This document shows, in pieces, positions 33,601 through 34,023 of a stretch of 34,023 nucleotides of DNA. The stretch's first letter is position 1; every line of letters starts with the position of its first letter. The notes beneath the pieces are model-generated. The model searched no databases and was not told where the DNA came from. It saw nothing but the letters and a program-made list of their open reading frames with translations. A program made the translations under genes and the position numbers. The stretch spans positions 1 to 34,023 of the forward strand of contig CAZXTF010000001.1 in NCBI GenBank assembly GCA_964643605.1, given 5' to 3'. Source of the DNA: an uncultured Candidatus Saccharibacteria bacterium (GTDB taxonomy: Bacteria; Patescibacteriota; Saccharimonadia; Saccharimonadales; 2-12-FULL-41-12).

Positions 33601-34023
33601 AGCCACATAAGCATATCTACCCTGTGTATACACAGAGCGAGGATCATTACCAGCTGCAACAGAGCCAACACTGGCCGGTGAAGCGGGGTTACTGACATCG
33701 AAGATTTGCAGGGTGCCACTACCATCACCACGCACTACATATGCATACCTGCCTTGGACCTGGACAGAGCGTGGCTGGCTTCCTGTAACAATACTGCCCG
33801 TTAGTGTAGGACTTGCGGGGTTACTGACATCGAAGATTTGTAATGAGTCTGTGCCGCCTATATGTATTATATACATGTAGCGGCCCTGTACTTGGACATA
33901 GTTTGGAGCCGCACCTGTAGCTACGCTGCCCGTTAGTGTAGGACTTGCGGGGTTACTGACATCGAAGATTTGCAGGGTGGCAGAGTTATATATCGTGACA
34001 TACGCATATCTGCCTTGGATGTA
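30613..34023 (-). CDS. giant surface protein: N-terminal LVIVD beta-propeller repeats + long Gly/Thr/Ser/Asn-rich fibre-like region + conserved-looking C-terminal domain; 5' end outside window
   Basis: The reading frame stays open upstream of the track's ATG (33876) to the window edge, translating as '...YIQGRYAYVTIYNSATLQIFDVSNPASPTLTGSVATGAAPNYVQVQGRY-MYII...'. At least 4.5 units of 43-44 aa follow the pattern 'LQIFDVSNPASP..GS....G..P..V.VQGRYAYV' (LVIVD-repeat signature). Then come about 750 aa of low-complexity beta-rich sequence, including repeated 'ARDNATAVFT...NSTTAF(Q/R/S)IQN..G..LF.ADTTN' modules. The C-terminal domain of about 170 aa begins 'LSPEYAGAVLTGDG'. Confidence 0.7.
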   Translation of the reverse strand, partial: YIQGRYAYVTIYNSATLQIFDVSNPASPTLTGSVATGAAPNYVQVQGRYMYIIHIGGTDSLQIFDVSNPASPTLTGSIVTGSQPRSVQVQGRYAYVVRGDGSGTLQIFDVSNPASPASVGSVAAGNDPRSVYTQGRYAYVANYGSNTLQIINISNPASPTSVGSVATDTQPNFVSVQGRYAYVTNQSSNTLQIFDLGGAYVQQLETGGVETSTLSVQSSGSIGGNLSVQGGLTVLDSSQFNGNIGIGGQLDVTGSTAFKRGTDFSTTGSSDNVNFGDVSLIRLTGASAQTITGIAGGRDGKILTMMNAASQDATLANNSGSSSAANRIVTGTGSDMTLAAGSSVTLIYDSGASLWRIIGSTAADPSGFIQNGTSPQTADFNITGNGVIGGTLAVNGGDLTTTSTTFNLLNTDATTINAFGAATTISLGASTGTTTINNGLTLAAGKTLTVNGDALTDLTGSGLINSSGALTVDDTSATGFFRNGGNSFGGAAILGTNDNNVLNLETNNVNRFQIAFNSSKLTGQGTTEIDSTGALFIGGNGSNGIAIGNSGISTGQIAIGNTTSVSNVDIQASTALNLGGGGAANTIQIGNTTGAVTQTINIGNNSTASSTNNVNIGSSVAGTTAITGATTITNRTSGSADTLIISNSTSTGNILQARDNATAVFTIADGGATTFNNQTNSTTAFQIQNSSGTSLFTADTTNMQLHTSTIVAPVLRASTSSVNGLQLQFYNGTSFFDANSFQGTVGFGAGGNNASIAVGGGFVTINSNVGAGRKTLVLNQVNGNDDILSARNNGTTVFTVGQTGNILSQNSTNSTTAFRIQNAGAQNLFVADTTNQRVAIGPAAVPANGALTIGTNTTANTGGIWFGTDTNLYRGAANTLQTDDSFLVQTAINSTTAFSIQNSSSTGLLNADTTNMRITIGGATGSLTGRALEVTSVDVTTTLRVGDSTNGISFNDQVGGKLRFRGTAQNDISVTLSPEYAGAVLTGDGTNNVGTMTSDFCSGSSLLNIGTSCGANEDHNFYSWTANATNDYDIYVKWKVPSDFASFAATPVQFYGWKTGGSDAVQLRVYKSGSGTVCDNDSLGSSGSWALVTSNPTTSCSINAGDELVFRITLTVASNGNYARAGEIFINYKSQF
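33430..34023 (-). repeat. in-frame tandem 129/132-bp repeats encoding LVIVD units
   Basis: Unit boundaries (first codon of 'LQIF', minus strand) fall at 33975, 33843, 33711, 33582 and 33453. There is an exact 47-nt identity between 33794-33840 and 33926-33972, and an exact 33-nt identity between 33683-33715 and 33947-33979. Confidence 0.85.

Noticed and set aside
1-34023. An alternative genetic code (UGA recoding, as in some CPR lineages).
   Set aside because: All conserved genes (secA, serS, lysK, proS, prfA and others) are full length under the standard code. RF1 is present, and nothing requires recoding.

Overview
This is a gene-dense chromosomal segment with about 36 protein genes. I could find no rRNA or tRNA genes, no CRISPR array and no transposase or integrase. 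Most of it is housekeeping: secA, hpf, serS, rsmE, class-I lysyl-tRNA synthetase, greA, proS, rseP, frr, tsf, rpsB, rpmE, prfA, prmC, htrA-like, an LCP wall ligase, lepB and parAB. The content suggests a reduced-genome monoderm bacterium of the CPR/Patescibacteria (Saccharibacteria-like) type. This lineage call is inference, based on class-I LysRS, a ProRS without the INS domain, loss of pyrH/uppS/cdsA/dxr from the conserved rpsB-proS block, an LCP protein and a heliorhodopsin-like protein. Genes from rpsB (18105) down to 8128 form one co-directional minus-strand array that ends at the only clear intrinsic terminator (8003-8026). Six items deserve a second look. (1) A three-gene envelope operon at the right edge (28092-34023+) encodes a giant LVIVD-repeat/fibre-like surface protein running off the window. 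Next to it are a secreted protein with three tandem phage-tail-collar-like modules carrying six HxH motifs, and a membrane-anchored beta-propeller protein. (2) A 7-TM heliorhodopsin-like protein (9463-10248) appears to lack both the Schiff-base lysine and the counter-ion glutamate. (3) Several operon-leading genes show a -10 box 6-10 nt before the ATG and no Shine-Dalgarno sequence, which suggests leaderless mRNAs; two of these sit in interdigitated divergent promoter pairs. (4) Four of the five convergent gene pairs overlap by exactly 4 nt through antiparallel stop codons. (5) An unknown 188-aa gene sits where uppS-cdsA-dxr normally lie. (6) There are an orphan prephenate dehydratase and a stand-alone PD-(D/E)XK nuclease. 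All family assignments come from motifs read by eye and remembered family signatures. No searches were run.
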